A stretch of 64,000 bases of DNA from Takakia lepidozioides (lineage: Eukaryota; Plantae; Bryophyta). The notes below the pieces were generated by a model that was not told where the DNA came from, searched no databases, and worked only from the letters and a program-made list of their open reading frames with translations. The position numbers and the translations under genes are program-made. This document shows, piece by piece, positions 49,201-62,923 of this stretch. How positions within the stretch are numbered: the stretch's first letter is position 1; each line of letters opens with the position of its first letter. Where the stretch lies: contig CM060732.1 of assembly GCA_030704615.1 (NCBI GenBank), positions 43,214,001 through 43,278,000 on the forward strand, in the 5' to 3' direction.

Positions 49201-49825
49201 AGCTTGTAAGTCTTCGTTTGTAATTGCAATTTGATCTTTGGCTGCAGATACTAAATGCTGGAGCAGGACTTATGGCTTGTGGAGTTGCCAAAGATTTAGG
49301 TGCTGGGGTGGCTATAGCCCGTGAAGTGCAGCAATCAGGAAAAGCTAACACCATGCTTGATGCATGGATACACCTTTCTCAGGTTTGGATCTCCCCAACT
49401 CTCGCTCGTCTCTCTGCCCCCAAACTCCATCCAGGTTGGTCAATGGATTTATTCGTTCCACCACTGTACAATTTCAGGTGTGACACCAGGTCAGGTCTAA
49501 AAATTGAAGCCATCATGAACCCCACTGTCATTTGTTTGTAACGAAGGTTTATACCTGGTGAAGGAGCGTCCAGCTGGGACTATTCTTTTCAGATAACAAT
49601 TAGCAAGGGAAGCAGGGAATGGTTGAGCGCATTTTGTTTCCCCCCCCTCCTTGTTCCGACTCTTGCATTTGTATGCATGGCATATAGGTTAATTTTCATT
49701 TTGAACTTCTATTTGCCTGGAGTAGTTGGCACGTAGTATAATAATAATTTCTTTCAATGTTCTGTCCTGAGATGATACAGAAACTGAAAGCAAAGGAGAT
49801 ACAGGCATGCACTACAGATACTTGA
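46270..49825 (+). CDS. trpD: Plastid anthranilate phosphoribosyltransferase (about 10 exons)
   Basis: Ser/Arg-rich transit peptide; [13 protein letters not shown]; [18 protein letters not shown]; [13 protein letters not shown]; [11 protein letters not shown]; GLDEMSPL; GT-AG introns. Last short exon 49781-49825 is inferred. Confidence 0.92.
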
Positions 49826-50637
49826 AAGTGAAAAAGCGGGCACGTCCACCATTTTTTCCCTTCGCAGTTGTTGCCCAATTTGTCATGGAGGGCACAACAG
49901 TAGAACAGTCACAACCATTTTTACCCTTCCCAGTCATTTAACAGTCACTGGAGGGAAAGAGAAGGGCAATACAAATTGAGAGACTGGAGTTAAGAGTGGA
50001 GACAGCAAAACCATACACTCTTAGGCCCTTCAGAAGATGATATTTTCGCGTGCCTGAACATCATAGGGAGGTTGAACTGAGAGATCTCAAAGCATCAACT
50101 AATTCTGATCTTAGAAGGTTTGTAGAGAGGTCACTATAATGATCGACATCAAAACTAATTTTGCATTTCATCCTTCAATGTGTACATTAAATTGTTCTAT
50201 CAAGTTGTACTGAACAAATACACTTACATGCATGTTCAAAGATGTTCAATGATGGACCTGGAGCTGACTAAGACTTCAAGACATTGATCACCATTTAACG
50301 ACTTGAACATCCCTGAGCAGGAGAGACAGTTGTGGCACTTCCAGGGCGAACTAAACTAGCCATTGTGTAGTAAATAAGACTGCGATCACTTGTCCTTATT
50401 ATCCATGACTAGAACAGGCTCGCGAATGATACTGAAGAAATCAAGCAAAGCAACCACTTCCATTTTAGAAAAATATTGGAACTATTTTATAACCAATCCT
50501 AATCTTTTGAAGTCCCTCACTTCAATGAGGAGGCTCATTTTGTCAATCCCAGGTCGTCCAATCACTAGAGAAGCTGGCCGTGAATCGGATCTGGAGAATG
50601 GCCAGGCACAATAAGGGTTTGGCTTTTGCACATTTGT

Positions 50638-53600
50638 CTACTCTTCATCCCACACATCAGCGAGCTCACTGGGCTGTGGCAGATTGGCACCCACATGGCT
50701 CTTTCGGCGTTGTTTAGCTTTCACTTTTTTGGCATACTTGCCTGCTTTCTTTCGCTTCTCCTGTGATCGCACCTGCCCCCATAGATATGAGCACAAGAAC
50801 ATGATGACCTGATATTTCTCAAAGAGTGATTACCTGTGTGTGCTTTCTAGACTGATTCCATAACCATGAAATTGAGGTTCCAGGACTGTTACAAAACGTA
50901 CTTGTGCCAAATGCAAGCCCCAATTGATGATAGTCTTGTTATCTCATACCAACAGCTTTGAGAAGTTCAGCTAACTCTAGCTGGTCCCAGACACTAGGGC
51001 CACACTAGAGTAACTAAAACCAGCATTGGAGAGTGAAAGAATGTACTCATGACACGTTGTTTGCCATTTTCTTGTGACCATAGACCCTGCGCCCAGTTTG
51101 GGCGGAACAAGAGGAAAAGAGAGAGAGGAACATTGGCAAGACAAAATGTGTACCAGGTTGGGCGACACGTAGAAGGGATTCTCATAGAGTGTTTGACCAC
51201 CAAAACTGCCACTGAATATCTTTATAGGGTTCATACAGAACCTTGGGCCAACCTACCCAGCCCCATAACCGCAAGCAACAATGTTAGCAAACAAGCCAAG
51301 TGGAACTCACTCAATAACAGAGCCGGGTGAGATGCACGGAAAACAAAAATACTAGGAGGTGGACTTCAGTTATTAAGGAGATAGTTGCTGCAAGAGCCAC
51401 ACAAAGTTATCAAAGATCACTGGAAATTAATTGAAATGATTGTTAGAAAAAAAAAAGGGCCAACAGTCTACTGCTCTGATACCTCCACGCAGACGGTGGT
51501 TTCACATGGATTGCAGGGCTAGGAGATCGGAGAAGTACTCAGTAACAGAGACCCCCATGGCCTTCACATTTCTATAAATCAGTTGCATGGAAAAGACAAA
51601 AGGGTTACCTCGATGAGAGTCATTTTCTCCAAAGCTGCTTTCTCTATTTTATCAGTGCTGCTTTGCTGCGGTACAGATATCTGCAAGCCCACACAAAACA
51701 CACTAAGTTAGTGGCACTATGAATACATAATAGTTTTTCCTAGCCAACCTTTCAGGCACACGCCTCTTCCCCAGAATTTGGTTTTTGATTGAAGGTCCCT
51801 TTATTCAAAAAATAATATTTATTTTCGATAAGAGGGGCCTCAGATAATTTATTGCGGGGAAAAAACAAAACCCGCAGGGTCTGTTTCAATGTCAGAAACT
51901 CCCTTTGACAGCAGTAGATCCCGTATTACCAACATGAACAACGCAAGTCCGCGAGACATGTACTGAGAGCTATGAGTCTGCATGTCACTGACTTCACATG
52001 AGTACCAGGGCTGTGGAAGCAGATGTTAGCAAAGCAAACCTGGTAATTTCGAAACCAGATGTGATTATCCAGCACCGAGAATGTAAACACATGGTCAAAG
52101 AAGGGCTTTGATTTCCTGTGATCTTTTGGTGTGCAAAACACCTGGACGCACAAATGTAGCAAAGTTAGTCTTGATCATAATTCCTCACCTTCCTGACCTT
52201 AAGGTCTACTGACAGGCATTCTCCTAAATCTCCCCTATCCTTCTACCAGCCTCTTTGATTCATTCACCAGGCTCTCTTTAATTTAGCTTTTCATCTTGGC
52301 AGTGATCTGAAAGTTACTGCAGGAAACGTACGTGAAAATCCCCATACACATCAGTGGTTTGGAAGCTCAGAGGTAACCTGCTGACCCCACTTGCACTTAA
52401 TGGGCACAAAAGACAGTTTTTGGAACCACCTACCTGGGTCAAAAGTTCCTTGATAAGTTGTAGATGAGGATGCTGGTCAAAAGTACCAGAGAAGGAAAGG
52501 ATGGGTCGTGCACCCTTCAAATGGTTGCCTGTCAGCTTCAATTCCTCCGTTGTGTGCACTGCAACCCACAACTTATCATATGATTTTAATAGGAGAACTG
52601 TAGTCAGGCCACACAGCTCATGCATTAAGTAGCGCCTAGAGATACTCTGACATCCCACCTGCTCAAGATAACCACCTTTTTTCCTGGTTGATAATGCAGC
52701 CCAGATTCAGTCATCCCTGCAAATGTTGGCTAGATAATATACAAATCTGTCCAGAGAGGTGAGCTCCTTAAAAGCATACCATCACTAGAAGATACGAGTA
52801 CTTGGTATCATTGTGCTCACAATCGACCCGTTTGACCCAAGATTAGAATCTACTTGCACCTGCTTTAAGTAAAAATTTGGCAGAGGGTCCACTTGGCGAT
52901 TTTGAGAGCCACAAGTACAAATCCTTCTTCTTCCTGCACTGTTCGAGTCAACACCACACCACATCTTACTTTCATACTCATAAGCAGGCACCTAAGCCCA
53001 GCCTGTGTTGAATTCAGCTTTACAATAGAACCCCTTCTCTAATGGGAGTCATCCTGATCCTGCTGTAAGGAGGCTCCTAGTATTGCCAGCATCTACATTT
53101 CTTCTCTGTCATAATCAATTTCTCAAATCGAAACTAGTTGCAATAAAGCAGTGCAAGACTGGTCTTTCTGGCCTTGAAATTCTCCAGCACAAAGAGTTTC
53201 TGCCAAAAGAGCCATGACCTGCCAAAAGAGCCATGACCTTCAAGATGACTGCGTTCTAATCCTTAAAAATAAATAAAGTGGAACTTGCAGACCACACCCA
53301 TCACTGGTTCGCTGTTCAAGTCATAGAACCAAGCAATTTAACTTGTACAGTTCATGGTCCTATATCAAAGGATTTTCTCTGCAAATGCCCCTATGTATAT
53401 GAGAGTGGACACACTTCTATACCCGACCTGAGAGAGGAGAAACCACACCTCAAAGAGAAGGCAGCTGGAGCAGCCCTTTAAATCAGCAAGCTCATTGAGG
53501 GTGTCAGACTTGTTGTCTTTGGCCTGTACCTTCACGTCCTTCTTACTGTGTGGCATCAGGGCCATAATATCCATCATAAGATGCCGAAATCTGTCAACCC

Positions 53601-54055
53601 CCAAACAACATGAGGGCAGAAACACTCAGAACTCAAAGACTCGCATGTGTATGACAATGATGTACATAGCATTGGTTCAAGACAGACCGATAACCTCAAT
53701 GCATACAACAATTCTGACATGGAAAATTGCGGCAAGGTGCGAGGAAAACCCTAGGTCGGCATGATGGTTGACAGAGTGAGAACAAGACGGGACTCCTCAC
53801 AAATCAAGAGCTGCTAAAAAAATAAAATAGGGAAAGAGTTAACAATGAAGAAACAGGAGAGAACCTGAATGTGATGCGTCGGGAGCAGAGAACCAGAACT
53901 TTTTCCTTGTTACGGAACACAGGCTTGAAATCATTGTCTGCCTCCGGAACCGTTTCCGGCCTCCCCATCAGCGTCCGCTTGCGAGGGGCTTCCGGTTCGG
54001 CTTCCACTTCCGCCTCCACCACAGCTCTCTCAACCTGCTTTCGTTTCTTCCCCAT
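50638..54055 (-). CDS. BRX1: Ribosome biogenesis protein BRX1 (Brix domain), multi-exon
   Basis: NKEKVLVLCSRRIT, RHLMMDIMALMPHSKKD, ELKLTGNHLKGARPILSF, HRKSKPFFDHVF..IWFRNYQ, PIKIFSGSFGGQTLYENP; stop TAG at 50638-50640. Confidence 0.92.
51030..51128 (-). mobile_element. Short LINE 3'-end remnant in a BRX1 intron
   Basis: Reverse complement resembles 18885-18975 (TTGTTCC..AAACTGGGCGC..CACAAG..GGCAAACAAC..ATGAGTACA). Confidence 0.7.
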
Positions 54056-54148
54056 TCCTGCAATTCCCCTTCTGACGCAGTTCGCAACTCTACCCAAACT
54101 CCACAGGATTTGCAATTTTCAGAGAAGCTTCAGACTTCAGAACCCCCG

Positions 54149-54197
54149 AACCCTAACCCTGCCCAAGCAGAGGATCACGGTTTAGGGTTCAGGGTTT
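54149..54197. promoter_or_regulatory. Telo-box-like motifs (AACCCTAA/TTAGGGTT) upstream of BRX1
   Basis: aaccctaaccct and ttagggttcagggtttt about 100-140 bp upstream of the ATG; telo-boxes are typical of plant ribosome-biogenesis promoters. Confidence 0.5.
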
Positions 54198-56257
54198 TGG
54201 TTTTTGGCCATAGACTACCTACGGAAGATAATAGGAATAATGTAAGAACTTAATGGACGCGTGTGATCTGACAGTACTTTCGCCGGATTCCGGCAACCTG
54301 GGCTCCTCCGGCGGGGCCCCTGTCAAATCCTCCCCACCCAGATTATCTTGGTTTCACTATTGAATACTTATGAATCCGAGGGGGTTGCTAGTTGTGGTGG
54401 GTAGCGTGATGATAAGGTGATAACAATGGAGGTGGCGAGGTTGTGGGTTCAGTTCCTGATGGGAGTTTTTGGCAGTGTAACCCCGGTTAATGTAACTCTC
54501 CATTCTGTGTAACCCCGGTCGATGTAACCCTCCACTTGGTGTAACCCTCTGTAACCCCGATTCCTCATGTAACTCTGGTTGGTCCATTTTATACTTAGCC
54601 ACATTTGGACTTAGTCAAATTTCGAGACCAAGTGTGGGTTACACCGACTGGAGTTACACTCCATTCTGTGTAACCCGGAGTGGAGTTACACACCTCGTCG
54701 TGTAACTCGATGTAACTCCAAATGGAGTTACACACCTCGTTGTGTAACCCAGTGTAACCCCGACTGGAGTTGACACTCCTTCGGTCCCATGTCACTCTCA
54801 AGAGAGGGTGGGGAAGATTTGACATGCCGGAAATCGACTTACCATCCTGTCAGAGGTTGCACGTGTGCATTAAGTTCTTACATTATTCCTATTATCTTCC
54901 GACTACCTACCCTCGGCGTTATGCATATGGGAAGAAAATCTGTGATTGGTTACTATTATGTTTTGGGTAAAGAAGAATAGTAGATAATGTAGCAAGCTAA
55001 TGCAAGCGTGCGCTCTGACGGTGCTTTCGCCGGTTTCCGACAGGTCCCCTGTCAAATCTTCCCCATCCTCTTACCTCGGACTTACTATCAAAGACTTTAG
55101 AATGCTATCAGTTGTTCTTCTTCGGGGAGGCTTGGAGTTCTCTTCCTTCCGAGCAAATTAGACGAGATTTAGAGCTCCGATCAAAGAGTTGCTTCCCCTT
55201 ACATTTGTGTTGTGCAGAAGTTCGCGACAAGCAGATCTTGTATCTTATTCTGCATGGGACAGCACGAGCACAAACTGGAACGAAACTTTGCCAAGAACAT
55301 GGCTGCTGTGGAGGAGTTGCACCTTGTTGCAGTCAGTGCTGAAGGAGGAATAATTGAATGAGGGCAACCTCTTTTTTGCAACCACAGCCGCTTGCAAAAT
55401 TGTGTTGAGACAGGTACCGAGTGTTAGTCGATGTTCTTCCCGCACAGTGGCTTCATGCTTTAAAATTGGATACATCTTGTCATGCACAATGGCCTTAGAA
55501 ACCCTTAAATTTGCGAGTTTTGCGAGACAAAAGGCCATCTAACACTCCAGCCATGATTTGTCATCGATAAGTCGATTGCAATGGCGACTTGCACTGTGAT
55601 GAATGCAGATCTGATTTTGTTTCGGACTTCTTCAGTCTGAACTTACAGGTCAACCAAGGATCATAAAGATGGCAAACTTCATTCTGATATGCCTACCTGT
55701 GGAGGGAGTATTGATTTATGAATCTAAAGATATATATGCCTCTGGTTGTGTAAACCCACTGTCGTCCAAGTAGGATGTGGATTTGGACAAAGAGGTTGGT
55801 AGTTGGTAGTCTTCCTTCACAAGCTACTATCTCATCCAAATGTAACATGCAATGCTGTGTAATGTAGTCTGTTAAAGCCTACATAGCACGTTGAAGTGTA
55901 CCCGAGCCAAGATTCGTTCTCAAGGAATTCAATCACTGCCTTTGTCAGCACTGAAGATTATTACTGCTCCACAGATCAATGGAAATACAATGTTACAAAT
56001 TTGTTCCTTAGCATGGCACAATTATGCCATCATCTACCTATTTTCTCCTACATGGGGAGCATGTGATGGCCTAAGATATTGAGATCCTTTTTAAAGATTG
56101 GCCCTCCACAAACACAAGAGCCCAACATTCTGAATCTGTGTACAACCATTGCCCTAGTATGCAGGCCACAGAAAGTAGGGAGATTCGCATATGGGACCAG
56201 TACCTCTTGCTTTCTTTGCTGGTTCTCGGAGAGAATGCTCAATTAGTACATCTTTCT

Positions 56258-57850
56258 TCAGTTTGCTATGTCTTTCAGAAGTTTACTGAGGGCCTCAGAG
56301 GGGTAAGGAATATGGAGACAGTCCTGGCCATCACTGCCTCGACGACATCGGAGCAGGTCATGGTCTTTGAATTCAGTCAAGTGAGTGCGTAGAGTCACCT
56401 CACTGCTCACCAAAAACTGTTCCCTGCATGCTGTGTACAAGCAGTGCAATGGCAGCCCTGCATCCGACATCACCAATCCAATGTTTGACATCCTTTGCAA
56501 TCTATGCAGTTATTCTTGTATTCATCTTTCCCGCCCTGACAGTTAACTCAATTGGGGGAGTTTCATCTCTGACCAGTCAATTTCCTCCAGTGTGTCTAAG
56601 GGACGGAGCACGGGTATGTCTTTCTGGTGTCAGATCGTAGAAATGGAATCTAACACCACACCCTTTGCAAGGAAGCCATGTGAGACACCAGACAGTGTGT
56701 TCTCTTCTGGACATCAGAATCGGCCCACATAATTGAATTCCCATAAAGCTATAGAAAGGAAGGTACCTTGTTCATCAGGGTGGGCAAGCTGGAAATCTGC
56801 AAGAGTTCGGAAAACACCCTGAGCATTGGGTGTGAGACTGTGCAACACAACCGCAGCACTGCGAGCGCTCTTCACAGCTCCAGTAGCAGCCAAGATCAAA
56901 GGGAGGTGCGTCCCCTTCACAGTGTAGGCTTCATAAGTTGGGGTGTGGAGCCACCACCAATTGAACTGGATGCGTGCCATCTGCTTGTCCCATACTGGAG
57001 ACACCCAACCAAAAAATGCCCATCTTGACCAGCACACGGCTCCCATGTCCATATGTTTGAATCATAAGTTGTCACTCTCTGCAAGTTTCTTTCTCTTGCT
57101 GCAATCGTGGCATTTTCTCGGCATTGCAAAGGTCGCTCCATTCTGTCTCCCTCTTGAAGGTACCACTACTATATACTCTAAAGTGTAATGACATAATCAT
57201 TATGGGCACAAAATACCTGTGCAGATGTGGGTTTGGGCTTTTGATGTATGGATTTGGATCAAAGAAATCACTCTTACAAGACTTCGCAAATTCGTCGTTA
57301 GTGGATGGTGCAGCGGTTGTCGTGAATGGCTACCACCCTGCAGTTAATATCAAACATGTGAGTAATCTGAATTTCTGAGTAAGTTTATTGTAGTTTGTTA
57401 GAAGTTTTGCCACTGCACATTGGCAGAATTCCGCATCTTTTATCTTGAGATGTGTTTATCGAATTCTAGGTTCCTGAGAACATTCCTATGAGTCCTGGGG
57501 GTTGTATTACTGCTCAGGGATGCTGAATCCCAGCTGACAGCTATAATGTACTGGAGCAGGTGGTGTACACAGTGGCAAATATTCTGTGGGAATCAAGGAA
57601 AAAGAAGAGCAGTGCATCCACCAGGCCCAACAGAGCTTGTGGGAGCTTGCCCCCACTAAGCTCTAACAGCTTGGAGGACCTCCTAGTGTTTCTCACAGGC
57701 GATGAAGAATCGGCACATGTTTATGTCATAGTACACAATATTGATGGACCTGTTGTTAGGGATCAAAACATTCAGTGTACACTTGCTAATGTGGCAGCCT
57801 CTCCACATGTGCGGTTTGTGGCTTCAATTGACAATGTGAATGCTCCCTTG
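56258..57850. pseudogene. ORC2: Rearranged origin recognition complex subunit 2 fragments
   Basis: Plus strand: [34 protein letters not shown]. Minus strand: WDKQMARIQFNW..SLTPNAQGVF, FLVSSEVTLRTHLTEFKDHDL. 5' exons not seen. Confidence 0.85.
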
Positions 57851-59569
57851 TGTAAGTACTTGATACCCTGGACACAGCCCAAAAAGAGAGCTGCACTCAT
57901 TGTTGTCCCTGCTGGACAATGATACCGTGGCCAGTCTATGTCAACATGGTCAATTTGTCCTCGAGTATATTCTCTGTGCGATACAAACCTTTGGAGCCTA
58001 TTGATTCGAGCACTGCAGCTGTCGCATTTGGAATAGCAACAGCCACGTGTGAGGCTAGAGTGCACAGGTTTGGCGCCAAGTTTCTCGAAATTTCCCGCCC
58101 TTCCTCACATCCTCCTATGTATAAATTGCCGCACTCTTGGGTGTGTCGTTGCAGCATGCCTGCATGAGAAGCATGGTGTGTAGTGTTTTTCAGATCTTAC
58201 GTTCTAAATAGGGAACGAGCAGATGTATATCAAGAACTAAGCTGTAAAATGTAGAGTTCAATGACCAAGGAATCGGCTGCCATGTCTGAACGCAAGGGCA
58301 TGGCAGAGGAAGCGGCTATGATGAAGAGCAAGAAATGTCTGCACAGTAGGTTGCTGGTATAGAACTGAGCAGCAAGCTTGCCTTCCCAGTGTGTGGAGTG
58401 ACATTTTTTGTGCTGCTACCCACAGTCCTAGATGTTATGCAGGGCTTTTCTGAGTCGGGTTGGTTTCAAATCCTTCACCATTACAGGCGGTTGGCATTCA
58501 ACTTCCAGCCATCAGCTTCATGGAAACCTGGAAACTCCCTTGCATGCCTCTCTCCTTTCTATTGCATTGTAGCTGTGACATCCAGATTTTGAAGCATCTT
58601 AGTAAAGAGTAACAACTCCATATAGACATAAAAGGGAACTCAAACAGATGTTGCACCAGGCCAAGTTACACCCTAAACTAGCGAAACATTGAGAGTACAG
58701 TTCTGACATTATGTTAACAGTCACGAAGTCTCAGACCATCAACTTCATCATATACAAGCTGCCACCTCTCCCCACCAACTCCACCAGCTCCCGATTGCCT
58801 AGTGGTAACTCTATGCTCAAATTCGTGGGCATGCCATAATACAAATCTTCATACTGGGTTTCTGCCACATTTCCAGAAGTGAAGGAAAATTCAGCTATGA
58901 TGCCCACTAGAACTCAGCAGGAAAAGCGCCTACGGAAACTCACCATAGATTAATGAAGGAAAAATGTCAGGCAAATGGCCACCCGACCAACTCATCCAGG
59001 GAATTGTGGGAGGGAATAAACATTGATCCCTTCCAAAATCGGTTATGGACATAAACCCTGTTGGATGTGTGCAAACTTCAAAATTGTGGATCCAAAGCCA
59101 AGACACCTAGAAACTCTAAAAGGCAGGTTGAAGGAAACCAATCAAAAATCACAGTGAACAATGTTATCAACCCTCAAAGGCCACCTCAAAGCACAAGCCG
59201 ACCCGAGTCCTGCAATAGGACCATTCCTCCTTATAATTTGCTCACATCATTGTCTCTGGCAGACCAGATAGTCCCATAAAAGATCCTCGCAGCCAGCCAT
59301 TACCGACTCACTAAATTGTTCACTTAGTCTGTTTCCATTTCCCAATGACCAGCTCATTTCCATTTCCTTCCCCTTCCATGACTGGAAGGCACCTTAAGCA
59401 GAAAGCATAACTCTTTCCTATGGTTGCAAGCGTCTCCTCATAGCGGGAATTCAACACAGCCCAATCCTCAATTTCTCTACCTGACAAAGATTATACAATA
59501 TCACATCCATGATATCTGAGCAATGCACCAGAAAACTGATGCACAAATACCAAAGATGCTTGCAGACAC

Positions 59570-60320
59570 TCATTGGATGGTGGTGACCTGTGCCCACTCC
59601 CCATCAACTGCTTCTTTCCAGAGGGTCACATTGTTGTTCGCATCCGCGACTGCCAGTATGTTCCCAGGTAGCGACCAGCTCACCCGCCAGACAGGAGTCT
59701 TGAAATCATGCAATGTGAGGCCTTCCCACTGATCACCCTCTTTGACCTGGATCCATGGTGGAGAGGTCAAGCAAATGATAAGGATCAATAAATATGTTGC
59801 GGGAAATGCTTCAGTAACAAATTGGAAATAGAAATTGCATATCTTCCAAGCATTTAATGCTAAGCTACATGTGTGTGGATGTGAACAGATTACCTGGGTC
59901 CAAATAACCACCGTTCCACCTTGAGAAGCACTCGCTGTGGTGGACTTGGGCAGCCCAAGGTTAGGCGCGCCCAGGCTACATCTTGAAAGAGGAGGGAAGC
60001 AATCGAGTCTCCAGTCCCCCCCTGTGTATTTCCACACCTTCACTGTATTGTCACAACCCGCAGAAGCCAGCTTCTGAACAGGCCCGGTATTCTCCCCCAC
60101 TAGAGAACCTGGAGCGGCAGCCGGGGCCCAGGAGACCGATGTCACGCCCACAGGATGTGCGGGCTCGATCTTAGACTTTTCGCATGCTCCATCTGCCTTG
60201 TGGGTCAAAACAGAAATTGTCCCATCCGATGACCCGCAAGCTAGGCCCAATCCAAACTCATGGGGAGCCCAGCCAATACTGTTCACCGAAGATTCATGCT
60301 CCTGGAAAACCTGCCATTTC
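59570..60320 (-). pseudogene. SEC13: SEC13 C-terminal half (WD40), 5'-truncated with internal deletion
   Basis: HESSVNSIGWAPHEFGLGLACGSSDG, HPVGVTSVSWAP, APNLGLPKSTTASASQ, VWRVSWSLPGNILAVAD. The expected HTDWVRDVAW segment is missing; one intron is retained. Confidence 0.8.
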
Positions 60321-61787
60321 CAAAAACCAACGAGTTCGAGCTCCTCCAGCGAGTGTTACAGTATGTACGGGAAGGGAACGAGGGAATCATACAAAGGGAA
60401 ATGGGTCCTGTGGGGTAAGAGGAGAGACATTGAAAAAATAGGTTCTCCCTGCATGGGTGAGACTTCAAGATAGGGGAGTGCAGTAGCAAAGAAATCGTTC
60501 TTTGTGACCATGAATAGTGCATTGCAATCTGTCCCCCAACCCATCGCCATAAAAAGTGAGTCTCGCAGTCAAGCACAACATCTAAGGTGTATCTACCTTC
60601 CTGCAGCCTCAAACTAGAATGGCTTATCATTTCTGTTCATAGATCCACTGGACACTAGTTCTCTGCCAACATAAGATGCAAACTATAACTTGAAAATCAC
60701 TGAGGCCTCCGCAAAGCGAATCTTGGGTTGAAGTTATCATTCAAGGCAACTGCACATTTTGAGAAGATCTAATCATCCTGCAAACTGCTATATAGAGTTG
60801 ACAGTAGAGCCAAACTATTACCCCGCACTTCACCTAATCAGCAGACTCACCTCACAACTGCAGACACTCGAAGGAGCATCCCCTTTAAACGCAGCTCAAG
60901 GTCAACCTGCCCCAAGTCAATGACCTGCATGAGTCACCTTATACAAGCAAAGCCTATAATGGAACCAATATCACTCCATACCGCACCTGCCCACTTAGAA
61001 GTATTGAAGTCTACTCATGCTGGCCAACCCCACTAGAAGCCAAGGTGGATAAGCCGCAAAATGTGTTGATAAAACAGGTTTGAACATGTGCCTTGAAACA
61101 CCTGTGGGCAGGTCTGCAGATGGCTAATATGTCAAGGATACTCAGGCAGTCAGCACACAAACACATACAAGATGGATCCCATGATTTGACGATGTGGCTT
61201 TAATCCCGAAAAAAATCAACCATCTATAACCCAGAAAGTATCATGGTCCCTGCCATGATACAGGCACTGAAACCAGGTGAAAAGATATTAATGTCCCATG
61301 AAACACTGGAGAAATCTCAAGAGAGAGGGTTGATATATGAGGCAACTCCAACATAAATGAAGTGGAGTATTTCAGATATCACTACAAACCTATTTAATGT
61401 GCATGCACCATATACAACCATCTTTTCAACACCTTCGATTCAACAAAGAAATAAACATGGTAGCTTGCAAGCAGAGATACAGTGGCAGATACTTGGAGCC
61501 CACCTCATAGCAGTCTGGCGGTCTGGAAAGGACAAATCATTGCGCCCATGTGCATGAACAGAGTGTGGACAGAGTGTGAAGCTGCTGGTACCCACAAAAC
61601 AGAATGTTCCAGACGTGGAATGGATATCATGGATACCATAGAAACAAGATAATTGAAGTGCCTTTCATGTCTCCTAAGACCTGAAACATTTGGTAGTTCC
61701 AGTACTAGCCATCACAACCAAAATTACAACTCATTTTTCGACAATTTCTCTAGGATGAAGAGCCCAATGCACAAGATATGTTACAAC

Positions 61788-62521
61788 CAGTGTTGTACTG
61801 GTATGTGCCAGTAGGCCAGGGTATGTGGACTGGTATGAGTAAGGGTATTGTAGACATACCAGTTGGGTATATCTTGGGGGCATATACCCCGACTATACAA
61901 TGGACCTCGGTTTTGAACACTGGACCTACCCCCGTACCTACCATACCAGTCTAAGTATGAATTACTTTCATACTCCGCTTGAGACCCATATTGAGGGTTG
62001 ATGAACCCAAGCTAGCATCGGTATGTGTAATGATACAATAGGGGTAGAAGGTATGGCGTACAATGATCAGCATACAAGGTACAATATGCAAGATTTCTTC
62101 AATTTTTGTCACGGCAGAGCTTTTCTCCCATTTGTTACAATCTAGCCTTACAAAACAAAGACCTTCACTAATTTATGAGCAATACAAATTAGTTTGCATG
62201 GGCATGTGTGATTGCAATTCTTTTTAACCTTTTGTATGTTGCCCTCAAATCTGGTTTTAATTTCGTCTTTGAATATAGTATGATGACTGTTAGGGTATAC
62301 CATACCATTGCACATGCTCCGTCATTTGAGTTTTTGCCATACCCATGCCTGTGGGACCAGGATATCTCAAAATTGGAAATACCCATACCCATCCTATAAC
62401 CTACCTGGCCCGTCCTAATCTACCCCGGGCCCTACCAATTGGACCCAAGAGCCAAGTTGGACCTACCAGTACCAGTCTGGTATGTCAAAATGGACATAAT
62501 GGACATACCAGTAGAGCACTG
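61788..62521. mobile_element. hAT-type MITE (734 bp)
   Basis: TIRs CAGTGTTGTACTGGTATGT / ACATACCAGTAGAGCACTG; perfect 8-bp TSD GTTACAAC (61780-61787, 62522-62529). Confidence 0.88.
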
Positions 62522-62923
62522 GTTACAACCTAGCGTCTCTGAGCCTCATAGGAAAATCTTATGATAGAAAATGGTTGTTTCTAAAAATAGACCAAAGTAG
62601 CCATCTCGTATCAGAGAGACTAATGAAGGAGAAGATATGTTCTTCGTAGTCTCAATCTCTCTATTATGAGCCTGCGCCAGCTGCAGATGCATAGTAGATA
62701 GATCAATATTTGGCAACATTAGGATGCTCTTTCAAATCGGACTAGGGGCATTGAGAGTCCATAATCTTACAAGTCAGTGTAAATGTCATCATTGAATCTC
62801 AACTCGTTAAAACACACTCATAGATCGCCTCCTATTATGCAAGTAGTGTTGTTTAAAATAGAACCCTGTTTGTGACCACCACAACTGCTTCCAGTCCTTC
62901 AATGGAATATCGCCCACCAAATT

